From: an uncultured Planctomycetota bacterium
Lineage (GTDB): Bacteria > Planctomycetota > Planctomycetia > Isosphaerales > Isosphaeraceae
DNA length: 64,000 nucleotides
Direction: 5' to 3'
Assembly: GCA_963737655.1 (NCBI GenBank)
Contig: CAVTTN010000002.1
Location: 3,744,001 to 3,808,000 of the forward strand
In this document: positions 10,584-20,541 of the stretch, in pieces
Position numbering within the stretch: position 1 is the stretch's first letter
Layout: every line of letters begins with the position of its first letter
Notes under the pieces: model-generated
What the model was told of the DNA's origin: nothing
The model's database searches: none
The model's input: only the letters and a program-made list of their open reading frames with translations
Translations under genes and position numbers: made by a program

Positions 10584-11117
10584 TTATAGTCGCCCTGATG
10601 TCGGGTCGGGTATATCCGGCGGACCTGGCTGAGTTGTGCCCGTATCCTCTCCGCGAAACAGGGTACTCCGCCAGGTCGATGTGATCTGGAGAAACAAACC
10701 CCAGAGGAAGCTCGAGGCGCCGGCCACGAGAATCCCTACCTTCCACGACTCATTCCACTCGTAGCCCGCACCGCTGATGAGCGAACCTCCCTCGCCCACC
10801 ATCACGGTCGAGAAGACGTTGCTCGCCAAGGCCGAGCCGAAAGCTTCCCGCAGGTCCGCATGTCGAGGCCGGAGCCGGTCGAGTTCGCCGCGGAGATCCC
10901 GGTTTTCGTCCCGCAAGCGATCGCGATCTCGGCCAATGTCCTCGATATGGAGGGCGACCGATGCCGCGTGCCTGTCGGACGGGCTAGGTCGACCGGGGAG
11001 GCGTCCCTGGGTTCTCAACTCCTTGGCCGTAAAAGGATCGGCCGACTCGGACCGGGGAATGCCCACGTCGGCGATTCGGTCCACCTCGACCGGAGGCAGT
11101 TCCTCCGCCTCATTCAT
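10584..11117 (-). CDS. Hypothetical coiled-coil plus two-hydrophobic-segment protein; candidate toxin of the Panacea antitoxin
   Basis: ATG at 11117 overlaps the TGA of the Panacea gene (ATGA). Heptad region RDRDRLRDENRDLRGELDRL is followed by two hydrophobic segments. Confidence 0.6.
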   Translation of the reverse strand: MNEAEELPPVEVDRIADVGIPRSESADPFTAKELRTQGRLPGRPSPSDRHAASVALHIEDIGRDRDRLRDENRDLRGELDRLRPRHADLREAFGSALASNVFSTVMVGEGGSLISGAGYEWNESWKVGILVAGASSFLWGLFLQITSTWRSTLFRGEDTGTTQPGPPDIPDPTSGRL

Positions 11118-11647
11118 CCGACCGCCTTCGGCTTGGCGAGCGAGCGGAAATATTCGCGAATCGAGGCCGTCGGGATGTCCGTCCCCTTCGGGATGTCGCC
11201 GCCATACTCGCAATAGACCTGGTGCCAGGGAGTGCCGGGCTGGTGGGTTGCGTTGGCGAGTCGGATCGCCGAGTATTTGCCGTAGATCTCCCAGACACGG
11301 TCGAGAAATAGACGAAGCGATTCGGATTCCTCGGGGCGAAACCCGACCGGTAGGACGGTTCGATCGGTCTCCGATCGGTCCACGGACTCCATTGTGGTTG
11401 GCAGCGACGCGGTTTCCGAAATCGGGCCATTGCCGAACCGGCGAAAGGCTCGATGGAGAGAAGGAATCACCGGGCCAAATGCCCAGGCCTCAACCTGCTC
11501 GTGGATCAGGGGCCTTCCGGTGAGCGCTAACCACCACCCGTGAGCAAAAGAGACGAGCTTCTGGAGTTTCATGGGCGACAACGACACCCCATCCCCTCGG
11601 GCGCGTGACAGGAAATCATTCGCGATCGCTTTCGGGTCGTAGCTCAT
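11114..11647 (-). CDS. Panacea-domain antitoxin (SocA/DUF4065/GepA family)
   Basis: MSYDPKAIAN.F, SPMKLQKLV.FAHGW, EAWAFGPV.PSL, YGKYSA..L...TH..GTPW are Panacea signature motifs; GGAGG RBS upstream. Confidence 0.9.
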   Translation of the reverse strand: MSYDPKAIANDFLSRARGDGVSLSPMKLQKLVSFAHGWWLALTGRPLIHEQVEAWAFGPVIPSLHRAFRRFGNGPISETASLPTTMESVDRSETDRTVLPVGFRPEESESLRLFLDRVWEIYGKYSAIRLANATHQPGTPWHQVYCEYGGDIPKGTDIPTASIREYFRSLAKPKAVG

Positions 11648-11738
11648 CAGGGAACCTCCCTCCTTGAAAATTCCCACTTTACGAGAGTGCCGAGACGACG
11701 GGAAGAAGAGACCGATACCGAGCTGGATCGGTCGGTGA

Positions 11739-12941
11739 TTAGTTCGCCGCGTCCCGACGCCCTTCCGCTTCGTATCCATACTTCGCGATCACGGCGCGGC
11801 ACCGCGCCTCGATCTCTCGCCGTTTTTCGGCCGAGAGCTCGTACCGATTCGTGGCGTAATCCGCCTGCTCGGCGAAGTACGCTTCCAGGGCGGGGCGGAC
11901 GGCCTCGAAGCCGCCGAGGTCGAGGCCCTCGTACAATCGGCGCATCTCGCCGAGCGGGTCGGCCACGAGGTCCTCGTACCTGATCTCGTGGAATCGCGAC
12001 GGGTCGATCCCACGCTTGCCTTCCTCGACCTTCTCGTAGAGGTGATCGAACGTCCGGAAGACCGTCTCCTCAAGGCCGACGAATTTCGGCCTCTGGAGGC
12101 CGTGCGCCGTGTACAGCGTCTTCCAGAGATGGACCGTCGAGGGGATGACGACCCTCGGGTCCCGGACGATGTGGACGAACCTCGCGTCGGGGAACATTTC
12201 CAGGAGCGTCTTGATCCGACAGGAATGCGTGGGCGACTTCAGCACCAGCCGCTTGGGACGGCGGAAGGTGACTCTCTGGAGGAATCCGAGAAACGTCCGC
12301 TTCCACGACTCGACGGCCCGGGGCGACAGGCCGTCGAGGTCGAGATACTTGCCGTCCTGGGGGGGGCGGTTCGGGAAGGCGATCGTCAGGTACGGCGAGG
12401 GCTGGCCCATCATGCAGAGGGCGAATTCGTCTTCCTGGGGCCGGTCCCAGCCCGAGGCCATGTTGTCCATCGGCCTCCGCGAGGGCATCAGGAAGCCGGC
12501 CCAGCGGCGGAAGAAATCCTCGGTCAGGAGGAAGTGGTTCGGGTCCAGGCATTCATAGGTGGTCGGATAGGTATGTCGCGAATCGAGGGCGAGGAGCTCG
12601 TGGAGCCAGGTCGTGCCGGTCCGCCAGTGGCCGATGATGAAGAGGGGCGCCTCGCGGATCGCGGTCCTGGCGATCCTCCGGCCGAAGACGGCCCGCTCGA
12701 CGAGCTTCAACAGCGAGTGGCCGAGGCTCACGACCGTGATCACCACGGCCATGTACGAATGGCTCCACGACAGGGCCAGGCGGTTGCGGACGGCCAGGCG
12801 GAGCCACGCGAAGAAGTCCAGGCCCTGCCAGATCCTCGGGGCCCACTCCCTCTTCGTCGCCGCCTTGCGCGATCCGGCCCCCGGGGACAACGTCGCCGAG
12901 AGCGGCTCCTCCGCCACCGTCGCGAGTCGCGGCCCCGCCAT
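11739..12941 (-). CDS. Sulfotransferase family protein
   Basis: PAPS-binding loop FIIGHWRTGTTWL; PQEDEF; LVLKSPTH; FVHIVRDP; RYEDLVADP; GGAGGG RBS before ATG 12941. Confidence 0.9.
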   Translation of the reverse strand: MAGPRLATVAEEPLSATLSPGAGSRKAATKREWAPRIWQGLDFFAWLRLAVRNRLALSWSHSYMAVVITVVSLGHSLLKLVERAVFGRRIARTAIREAPLFIIGHWRTGTTWLHELLALDSRHTYPTTYECLDPNHFLLTEDFFRRWAGFLMPSRRPMDNMASGWDRPQEDEFALCMMGQPSPYLTIAFPNRPPQDGKYLDLDGLSPRAVESWKRTFLGFLQRVTFRRPKRLVLKSPTHSCRIKTLLEMFPDARFVHIVRDPRVVIPSTVHLWKTLYTAHGLQRPKFVGLEETVFRTFDHLYEKVEEGKRGIDPSRFHEIRYEDLVADPLGEMRRLYEGLDLGGFEAVRPALEAYFAEQADYATNRYELSAEKRREIEARCRAVIAKYGYEAEGRRDAAN

Positions 12942-13156
12942 GTTCCCTCCCCCGATCGCCGATCGCGAAACCGGACCCAGGTTGCCCATCTTCTCGAATT
13001 GTATCATGAGATTGCCGGAAAAGTCGCCAGAGGGATCCGGAGCCCGCATTCTTCCGATTGCATCTCACGAGCCGTCCGAACCGATTGCTCGCCCGCGAGC
13101 CGCGCCTCTACAATGGTTGCGTGGAGGCCGCGTCGGAACTCGTCGCGCGGGGATCG

Positions 13157-14550
13157 ATGAAGCACCGCCTTTCCTGGACGATCCGCCACCGGATCACCGC
13201 CCCGTTCCTCACGCTGATCGTCGGCATGGTCGTCGTCACGGGCGTGGCCAGCGATCGGTGGGCGGCCTCCCGGCGCGGAGGGCCTCTCTGGAGCACGGCC
13301 GCGGGGTGGCCGAGACCCTGGAACGCTCGCGATTCCCGCTGACCGACGGCGTCCTCCGCCAGTTGAAGGGGCTGGGGGGGGCCGAATTCCTCCTGATCGG
13401 GCCGGGCGGGCGGGTCGAGGCCAGCACGCTGGCCGACGTCGAGCCCGGCTCGACGGACCCCCTGGGAAACCGGCCGATCTCGGGCCGATCGTGGAACCAT
13501 TCGGGCACCGAATACTGGGTCGAATCGGTGGCCCGGACCCTCCCGCCCGATCCTGGCCGCCTCCTGGTGCTCACCCCCGAATCGACGCTCCGGGCCGCCG
13601 CGTGGGAGGCGCGTCGCGGGGTCCTGATCCTCACGGCGCTCGGCGCCGGGCTGGCGGTGATGGTGGGCTCGTGGATCGGCGGGACGCTCTCGCGACCTCT
13701 GTCGGCGATCCTGGGCGCGATCCGCGAGGTCGGCCGCGGCAACCTCGAACCCGGGGGCCTGCCGACGGGTCGAGGCGACGAGATCGGCGAGCTGGCCGAC
13801 GGCGTGGACCAGATGGCCCGATGGCTCCGCCGCCTCCAGGCCGATCGGGCGAGGACCGAACGGCTCCGCCTGATCCGCCAGGTCTCCGCCGGCCTCGCCC
13901 ACGAGATCCGCAACCCGCTGACGGCCGCGAGGATGACCCTGCAACTCTTCATCGAGCGCAACGGCGACCGCGATTCCGAGCCCCTGCGGATCGCCCTGAG
14001 CGAGCTTGAACGGACCGAGAGGCAAATCCGCCGGTTCCTCCAACTGACCCGACCCGACCCGCCCCGGTTCGAGCCGAGCGACCTCGACGCCCTCCTCGTC
14101 CGCTGCGCCTCGGGGATCTCGGCGACGGCCGAGCATCGCGGGATCGGCCTGGAGGTCGCCCTCGAACCGGGATTGCCGCCCGCCTCGATCGACGCCGAAC
14201 AGATCGGCCAGGTCGTGACGAACCTGCTCGCCAACGCCATCGACGCCGCCGGGCCCGGCGGCCACGTCCGACTCTCGGCCTCGATCGGCCCCGACGGCGG
14301 TCCCCGGATCATGGTCGAGGACGACGGCCCCGGGGTCGATCCCGAGTCCGAGCCCCGGCTCTTCTCGGCGTTCCACTCGACGAAGCCCGAAGGGGTCGGG
14401 CTCGGCCTGGCCCTGGCCCGGGCCCTGGTCGGCGAGCATGGCGGGACGCTTCATTATGAAAGAATCGACGGCCGGACGCGATTCCAGGTGGCCCTCCCCT
14501 CGGGATGCGTGGGGACCGAAGCCCCCGGGCTCGTCGGCCTGGCGGTTTGA
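13157..14550 (+). CDS. HAMP-domain sensor histidine kinase (NtrB-like), frameshifted near 13275
   Basis: N-terminal TM segment (MKHRLSWTIRHRITAPFLTLIVGMVVV) is in one frame. HAMP (GDEIGELA), H-box LAHEIRNPL, N-box NLLANAIDA and G-boxes DDGPG/GVGLGL are in another. Confidence 0.85.
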
Positions 14551-14573
14551 GACCGAAGGAAGAGGATCGCGCG

Positions 14574-15974
14574 ATGGCCCACGTCCTGGTGGTCGATGAT
14601 GAGCCGAGCATCTGCTGGGCGTTTCGCAACTTCCTCGGCGACGACGGCCACCGAGTGACCGTCGCCTCGACGGCCGAGAAGGCGATCGAGAGCCAGGCCG
14701 CCGACCCCCCGGACGTGATGCTCCTGGATGTACGCCTGCCGGGGATGGACGGGATCACGGCCCTCGACGTTCTCCGAAGAGGCGGCTCCGCGTTCCCCGT
14801 GATCGTGATGACGGCCCACGGCGACGTTTCCACGGCCGTCGGGGCGGTCCGCGCCGGGGCCTTCGACTACTTGCCCAAGCCGTTCGACCTGGCCGATGCC
14901 CGTCGGATGATCGCGCGCGCCCTGCAGACCTCGAAGCCCTCGGAATCCGCGGCGCCGATCGCCTCGTTGCGGGGCGAACCCGGCGAGCCGATCGGCCGGG
15001 GTCCGGCGATGCAGTCGGTCTTCAAGAAGGTGGCGATGGCGGCGGCCTGCGACGAGCCGGTCCTGATCACCGGAGAGAGCGGGACCGGCAAGGAGCTGGT
15101 CGCCCGGTCGATCCATCGCCATTCGGACCGATCGAAAGGGCCGTTCGTCGCCGTCCATCTCGCCGCCATGCCCGAGGGCCTGGTCGAGCGCGAGCTGTTC
15201 GGCCACGAGAAAGGCGCGTTCACCGGGGCGGACGCGTCGAGGAGCGGCCTGCTCGACCTCGCGGCCGGCGGCACGATCCTCTTCGACGAGGTCGCCGAGG
15301 CGCCCCTGGGCATCCAGGCGAAGCTGTTGCGGGTCCTCGACGGAGGCGGCTATCGACCCGTCGGCGGAGGGGCCGAGAGGACGCTCCGGGCCCGGGTGAT
15401 CGCCGCCACGAATCGCGACCTGGCGGATTGGGTCCGCACCGGCGCCTTCCGCGCCGACCTATACTATCGAATGGCCGTCCTGCCGATCCCCCTCCCTCCG
15501 CTTCGCGATCGGCCCGAGGACATCGCCGAGCTCTGGGGCCATTTCCTCGGCCGATTGCGGCCGGGGGCCGACGCCGGACTCGACCGGGAGTCGGCCGTCG
15601 GCCGGATCGTCCTGGCCCACGACTGGCCGGGAAACGTCCGCGAGCTCCGGAACGTCGCCGAACACGCCGCCCGGGCCAGTCGGGGCGCGCCGATCCACCC
15701 CGAACACCTTCCCGCCACGCTCCTGGCCGCCCCGAGCCGCCCCAGCGACCTGGACGCCGCGATTGAACGCTGGGTCCGCTCTCGACCCGCCGGCGACGAG
15801 CCCGGCACCCTTCATGACGAGTTCATCGCGGCCGTCGAAGCACCACTTCTCCGAGAGATCCGGGCCTGGGCCGGAGGCAATCAGGCCCGGATGGCCCGCC
15901 GCCTCGGCCTCCACCGGACCACCCTCCGCCAGAAGCTCCGCCAGCTCGGCCTGGAACCGAGCGGCGAGTCGTGA
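14574..15974 (+). CDS. Sigma54-dependent response regulator (NtrC family)
   Basis: Receiver VVDDE..LLDVRLPGMDG; Walker A GESGTGKE; GAFTGA loop; WPGNVREL; C-terminal Fis-type HTH GGNQARMARRLGLHRTTLRQKL. Confidence 0.95.
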   Translation: MAHVLVVDDEPSICWAFRNFLGDDGHRVTVASTAEKAIESQAADPPDVMLLDVRLPGMDGITALDVLRRGGSAFPVIVMTAHGDVSTAVGAVRAGAFDYLPKPFDLADARRMIARALQTSKPSESAAPIASLRGEPGEPIGRGPAMQSVFKKVAMAAACDEPVLITGESGTGKELVARSIHRHSDRSKGPFVAVHLAAMPEGLVERELFGHEKGAFTGADASRSGLLDLAAGGTILFDEVAEAPLGIQAKLLRVLDGGGYRPVGGGAERTLRARVIAATNRDLADWVRTGAFRADLYYRMAVLPIPLPPLRDRPEDIAELWGHFLGRLRPGADAGLDRESAVGRIVLAHDWPGNVRELRNVAEHAARASRGAPIHPEHLPATLLAAPSRPSDLDAAIERWVRSRPAGDEPGTLHDEFIAAVEAPLLREIRAWAGGNQARMARRLGLHRTTLRQKLRQLGLEPSGES

Positions 15975-15981
15975 GGTGTTC

Positions 15982-16018
15982 GTCCGGGGGCATGCGGGAG
16001 AATGGGTGTCAGATCCGC
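15982..16018 (+). repeat. Left arm of an imperfect ~37-bp inverted repeat (partner at 18028..18065)
   Basis: gtccgggggcatgcgggagaatgggtgtcagatccgc aligns with the reverse complement of 18028..18065; the core matches at 17/18 positions. Confidence 0.7.
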
Positions 16019-16333
16019 TCCGTCGAAACCGTCCGTTTTCGGCCCCGTCGAAGGACTTCGCGAGCTCGCAAAGCCGGGAAAAAAAGGGCGTCAATGCATC
16101 GAAGTTCGCCGATACCACCCAAAACCGAACCGTTTCGATCGAGCGCTCCCGACCCTGTTCTTCGCCCGATATGAATCAGCGAGACCTGGCACCTGAGATC
16201 AAACCAAAATGACCTGAACTCCAACGGATGCCGATGAGCTACATTCAGTCCGGTGGGCCATAGACTTTTGGGGAAGGTCCACATCATGGAACGAGCGATC
16301 CATTCGCCGGGATGGAAGAGATCAAATCCCTTC

Positions 16334-17452
16334 ATGATGGCCATCGTTGTTGCCTCGGTCTTCTGGTTCGAGACGGCACCAACCCCGGCGGACGAACCGA
16401 CGAAATTGACCGTCGTCCGGGCCGCGGTCAACTGCTTCGCCTACTCGCGGGATGGACGCTCGATCTTCGTCGGAGATGCGCTCGGCGGTCTCGCGAGCTT
16501 TGACGTCTCCACCGGTCGCCGGACGGAACTCCGCCAGGTCTCCGGGCAGCGAGGCCTTGTGGCATCGATCGATTCGCTCGCGGCCTCCCCGGACGGGAAG
16601 TCGATCGCCTTCGGTTGGTCCTCATCCGTCGATGAAGGTCTTTCTCGGGGCGCGCTGAAGACCTCGGCGATTACTCTCTGGGACATTGAGGGACGTCGCG
16701 TCCGATACGAGCTCGACACCGAGAAAAAGATCGTGCGTTCTCTGGACTTCTCGCCCGACGGGCGCGTCCTGGCGTGCGCGATGCACGGCGTCACGTCACT
16801 CCGCGAGGCGTCCACCGGGCGGGAGACCGGGCAACTCGTCGACACGGCCCCGCCGGGCCGATCGATCTTCGTCCGGGACGTGCGGTACTCCGCCGATGGC
16901 CGATACCTCGGTGTCCGCGAACCGTATTTCCGAGAGGAGCATGAGCCTTCCATCACTGGGGGACAAATCGTCGTGCGTGACGCGGCCGATCGCCGGATCA
17001 TTTCCAGGGTACCCATCGAGGGCAGCGGCTTGAAAGGATTCGCGTTCGCGCCCGATGGGAAGTCGATGGCCTGCGGATGGGATGATGTCGATGAGAACAA
17101 GGCTGGCATCCTTCATCTCTCGACAACCGACGGACGGCTCCTGAAGCGATTCGATGGCCCCAAGTTCTCGATCAGGTCGATCGCCTTTTCGCCCGACGGT
17201 AGGCTGCTGGTAGGCGGCGGAGGCGACGGAATCCTCTGGGCTTGGAGCCTGCCCGACGGGAAGCAGATCGCCGGTCCGGAGCCCCTCCTCAGGGGGATTG
17301 ACGCGATCACGTTTTCCCCCGACGGCCGATTCCTGGCGGCGGCTGCGTCGAACATGCAAATCCCCTTGAGGCCAAATGATATCGATTTCAAGCTCTGGAT
17401 CTATGCGGTCAAGGAATTCCGGCGTTCCAAACCGGGAGAAAAGGACCACTGA
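16334..17452 (+). CDS. Secreted WD40-repeat beta-propeller protein (start may be 16253 or 16287)
   Basis: About seven repeats such as AYSRDG, ASPDG, DFSPDG, YSADG, FAPDG, AFSPDG, TFSPDG, with LWD/LWAW; hydrophobic N-terminus. Confidence 0.85.
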   Translation: MMAIVVASVFWFETAPTPADEPTKLTVVRAAVNCFAYSRDGRSIFVGDALGGLASFDVSTGRRTELRQVSGQRGLVASIDSLAASPDGKSIAFGWSSSVDEGLSRGALKTSAITLWDIEGRRVRYELDTEKKIVRSLDFSPDGRVLACAMHGVTSLREASTGRETGQLVDTAPPGRSIFVRDVRYSADGRYLGVREPYFREEHEPSITGGQIVVRDAADRRIISRVPIEGSGLKGFAFAPDGKSMACGWDDVDENKAGILHLSTTDGRLLKRFDGPKFSIRSIAFSPDGRLLVGGGGDGILWAWSLPDGKQIAGPEPLLRGIDAITFSPDGRFLAAAASNMQIPLRPNDIDFKLWIYAVKEFRRSKPGEKDH

Positions 17453-17741
17453 GAAACGGCGACATCACATCATCTTGTCGCATGGTGAGAGATCTGGGAT
17501 CAAGAATCGTAGACAATTTAGCGATTCCTGTCCCCCGGATTGAGTCAAGCTTTCGTACTGACCGTTTCCGCCCCCAGGATCTTGCCGAATTCGGCCACGC
17601 GGAGGACTCCGTGCCGGAGACCCGACGTTGAACTATGCCCAGCGAGCTACCTTTGCGAGTTCGGCCGAGTTCTGCCACTTTGCCTGGAGTGCAGAAAATC
17701 TTGTATATTATCATATTTTTGAGAACCATCCAGACAAAGCG

Positions 17742-18011
17742 ATGCTGGACGCCCTGGGTCAGGCCGAGCCTGAGGCTTTCTTGCTTCTCCTGGATACCGC
17801 CGAGGACCTGGGGTTCCTGGCCAACACCGAGGTGACCCTCGATATCACGCCGCAGCGGTTTTTTGTCACCGAGACGCTCGCCAGGAGGCGAGGTCTCGGG
17901 TCCTGGGCACGAGGGGCGTTCCTGGACTTCGCCGACGAGCCTGGCAAGGTGCCTGCGTTGGTGGCGTATGGCAGGAATTTCGTTTCGGATCCGGAAAAAA
18001 CCCGGAAATGA
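17742..18011 (+). CDS. Hypothetical protein or gene remnant
   Basis: The ORF MLDALGQAEPEAFLLLLD... has coding-like composition and follows an AT-rich stretch; no family recognised. Confidence 0.3.
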   Translation: MLDALGQAEPEAFLLLLDTAEDLGFLANTEVTLDITPQRFFVTETLARRRGLGSWARGAFLDFADEPGKVPALVAYGRNFVSDPEKTRK

Positions 18012-18027
18012 GTCTCAGGGATGCCCT

Positions 18028-18065
18028 GCGGATCGGACACCCATTTCCCCCGGCTGCCCCCGGAC
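18028..18065 (-). repeat. Right arm of the imperfect inverted repeat (partner at 15982..16018)
   Basis: Reverse complement reads gtccgggggcagccgggggaaatgggtgtccgatccgc. Confidence 0.7.
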
Positions 18066-18262
18066 TCCACCGAACACTTTTCCGCCGAGGTGGGACAAAA
18101 CCTGTCCGATCTGGCCGGGGAAGCGACCGGAGCTGGAATCTCGTAAACCTTGATCCATAAATCACTTCTGGCCATCTCCAATCGGTGGAACGCCCCTTGC
18201 AGAGAGGCAGGGGCCATCCCGACGAGGATGTCCCCCCGGTCCCCGAGATGAGGCCCTGTGCC

Positions 18263-19240
18263 ATGAACCGCCGCCGTGGTTTCACCCTGATCGAGCTGCT
18301 CGTCGTGATCGCGATCATCGGAGTTTTGATCGGTCTGTTGCTGCCGGCCGTCCAGGCGGCGAGGGAGGCCGCGAGACGCTCGCAGTGCATCAATAATCTC
18401 AAGCAGGTCGGCCTGGCGTTGCACAACTACCACGACGCCCTCGGCGCGTTCCCGATGAGTTATATGACCCGTTCCAAATTCGTGGATGGCCAGACCGACA
18501 CGGCGCCGGGCTGGGGCTGGGCGGCCATGATTCTCCCCCAGATGGAGAACTCGCCGCTGTTCTCGTCGATCAACTTCGGCCTGCCGGTCGAGGCCCCGCA
18601 GAACCTCACGGTGATCCAGTCGAGGCTCGCGACGTTCCTTTGCCCCTCGGACACCACGCCGGGCGGGACGTTCGGCGTGACCGATCCCTCGGGCAACGTC
18701 CTGGCGATGATGCAGCCGACGAGCTACGCCGCCTGCGTCGGCAACGACTTCGCCGACTCCACCACCGGCCTGAACAACGACGGCGAGGGCAACGGCGTGA
18801 TGTACCGCAACAGCCACATCCGCCTGGCCGACATCGTCGATGGCGCCAGCAACACGGTCCTGGTCGGCGAGCGGGCCTGGGGGATCGTCAGCGGACCGTG
18901 GGCGGGCGTCGTCACGAACGGGGTGATCCGCCGCGGCCCTCACAACCCCTGCCCGACCACGGGCGCGCTCTATTACGGCGCCGCCACGCTCGTCCAGGCC
19001 CATTGCAACGTCCTGAACACCATCACCGACCCCGACGGCGGCATCGACGATTACTCCAGCTTCCACCCGGGGGGCGCGAATTTCGTCTTCGCCGACGGCT
19101 CGGTACATTACCTCAAGAGCGTCCTGGCCAACTCGGGCACGGACTCCCGCGGCAACACGATCTATTCCCCCGGGAGCCTCCGCCTCCAGGCGATGGGCAC
19201 GCGCGCCGGCGGCGAGATCGTCGATGCGAACTCGTACTGA
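18263..19240 (+). CDS. DUF1559 prepilin-type N-terminal cleavage/methylation protein with H-X9-DG motif
   Basis: RRGFTLIELLVVIAIIGVLIGLLLPAVQAAREAARR.QC.NNLKQ.GLALHNY; FLCPSD; DG.SNT...GE; HPGGANFVFADGSV. Confidence 0.95.
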   Translation: MNRRRGFTLIELLVVIAIIGVLIGLLLPAVQAAREAARRSQCINNLKQVGLALHNYHDALGAFPMSYMTRSKFVDGQTDTAPGWGWAAMILPQMENSPLFSSINFGLPVEAPQNLTVIQSRLATFLCPSDTTPGGTFGVTDPSGNVLAMMQPTSYAACVGNDFADSTTGLNNDGEGNGVMYRNSHIRLADIVDGASNTVLVGERAWGIVSGPWAGVVTNGVIRRGPHNPCPTTGALYYGAATLVQAHCNVLNTITDPDGGIDDYSSFHPGGANFVFADGSVHYLKSVLANSGTDSRGNTIYSPGSLRLQAMGTRAGGEIVDANSY

Positions 19241-19327
19241 GCCGCCCGCGATTTGACTCGGCGCCCCGAGAGGAGGACAATCGGCCCTGGCCCGGTCGTC
19301 CTCCGATCCTCCTCGGGAGCCCTCGCG

Positions 19328-19750
19328 GTGAAGTCGTTCACGGACTACCTCACGTTCACCGTCCCGATGCGGATGGGCTTCCTGAACATCACGCCGAGCG
19401 TCGAGGAGGCCGTCCGGAAGAGCGGCGTCCGCGAGGGCCTCGTGCTCGTCAACGCCATGCACATCACGGCCAGCGTGTTCATCAACGACGATGAACCCGG
19501 CCTCCACGAGGACTACAAGCTCTGGCTCGAACGCCTCGCCCCGTTCGACGCCTCGCCCCAGGCCTACCGCCACAACCGGACCGGCGAGGACAACGCCGAC
19601 GCCCACCTCAAGCGCCAGGTCATGGGCCGCGAGGTCGTCATCGCCATCACCAACGGCAAGCTCGATTTCGGCCCGTGGGAGCAGGTCTTCTACGGCGAGT
19701 TCGACGGCCGGAGGGCCAAGCGCGTCCTGATCAAGGTGATCGGCGAGTAA
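19328..19750 (+). CDS. yjbQ: YjbQ/UPF0047 family protein (secondary thiamine-phosphate synthase-like)
   Basis: [50 protein letters not shown]. Confidence 0.9.
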   Translation: MKSFTDYLTFTVPMRMGFLNITPSVEEAVRKSGVREGLVLVNAMHITASVFINDDEPGLHEDYKLWLERLAPFDASPQAYRHNRTGEDNADAHLKRQVMGREVVIAITNGKLDFGPWEQVFYGEFDGRRAKRVLIKVIGE

Positions 19751-19773
19751 GTTATCATGCTGGAGACATAGTC

Positions 19774-20535
19774 ATGCAATCTCCTTTTCCGGGCATGGAC
19801 CCCTATCTGGAAGGGGCGGAACTTTGGCCGGACGTCCACGATAGCCTGATCGTAGGAATCCGCGACGAGATCGGCCCGCGGATCGCGCCGAAGTACTTCA
19901 CCCGCCTCAACCGTCGGACGTATCTGCTCCATCCGGACGACCTGGAACTCGTCGGGTTGCCCGACCTCGCCGTCCTGACGGCCCGGCCGAAATCCTCGCC
20001 CGAGGCCGCGAGGCCCGTGGTGGCGGGCGCCGGCGTCCTGGAGGTGGAGTTGCCGTTTGAGGGGGAGGTCTCCGAGAGCTATCTGGAGATCCGAGCGGGG
20101 AAAAACGTGCTGGTCACGACCCTGGAAATCCTCTCCCCGGTGAACAAGCTCCATTCCCAGGGAAGGCTCGACTACCTGACGAAGAGGAACCAGATCATCG
20201 GCTCGATGACCAACCTCGTCGAAATCGACCTCCTCCGCGATGGCCCGCCGATGCCGGTCCTCGGCGCGCCCCCTCCGAGCGACTACCGCATCCTGGTCCG
20301 TCGGGGGTTCTCCCATCCGTCGGCCCATCTGCATCATTTCGGGGTCCGCGACCCGATCCCCGAGATCGCGATTCCGTTGCAATCGACCGAGGAGGCCGTC
20401 TCGCTCAACCTCGGCGCGATCTTGCGGCGGGTCTTCGCGAACGCCCGTTACGACCTGGAAATCGACTACCGGACCCCGCCCGTCCCGGCCCTTCGCCCGG
20501 CCGATGCGGAATGGGCCTCGGGCCTGGTGGCCTGA
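19774..20535 (+). CDS. DUF4058 family protein
   Basis: MQSPFPGMDPYLE..LWPDVH; EILSPVNK; NLVEIDLLR; IDYR.PP.P.L...DAEW. Confidence 0.9.
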   Translation: MQSPFPGMDPYLEGAELWPDVHDSLIVGIRDEIGPRIAPKYFTRLNRRTYLLHPDDLELVGLPDLAVLTARPKSSPEAARPVVAGAGVLEVELPFEGEVSESYLEIRAGKNVLVTTLEILSPVNKLHSQGRLDYLTKRNQIIGSMTNLVEIDLLRDGPPMPVLGAPPPSDYRILVRRGFSHPSAHLHHFGVRDPIPEIAIPLQSTEEAVSLNLGAILRRVFANARYDLEIDYRTPPVPALRPADAEWASGLVA

Positions 20536-20541
20536 TCGCCC

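Noticed and set aside
16186..16203. Sigma54 promoter (TGGCAC) upstream of the WD40 gene
   Set aside because: The -12 GC is absent at the required spacing.
17628..18011. Transposase remnant inside the inverted-repeat-bounded segment
   Set aside because: No DDE or HUH motif is recognisable; left as hypothetical.
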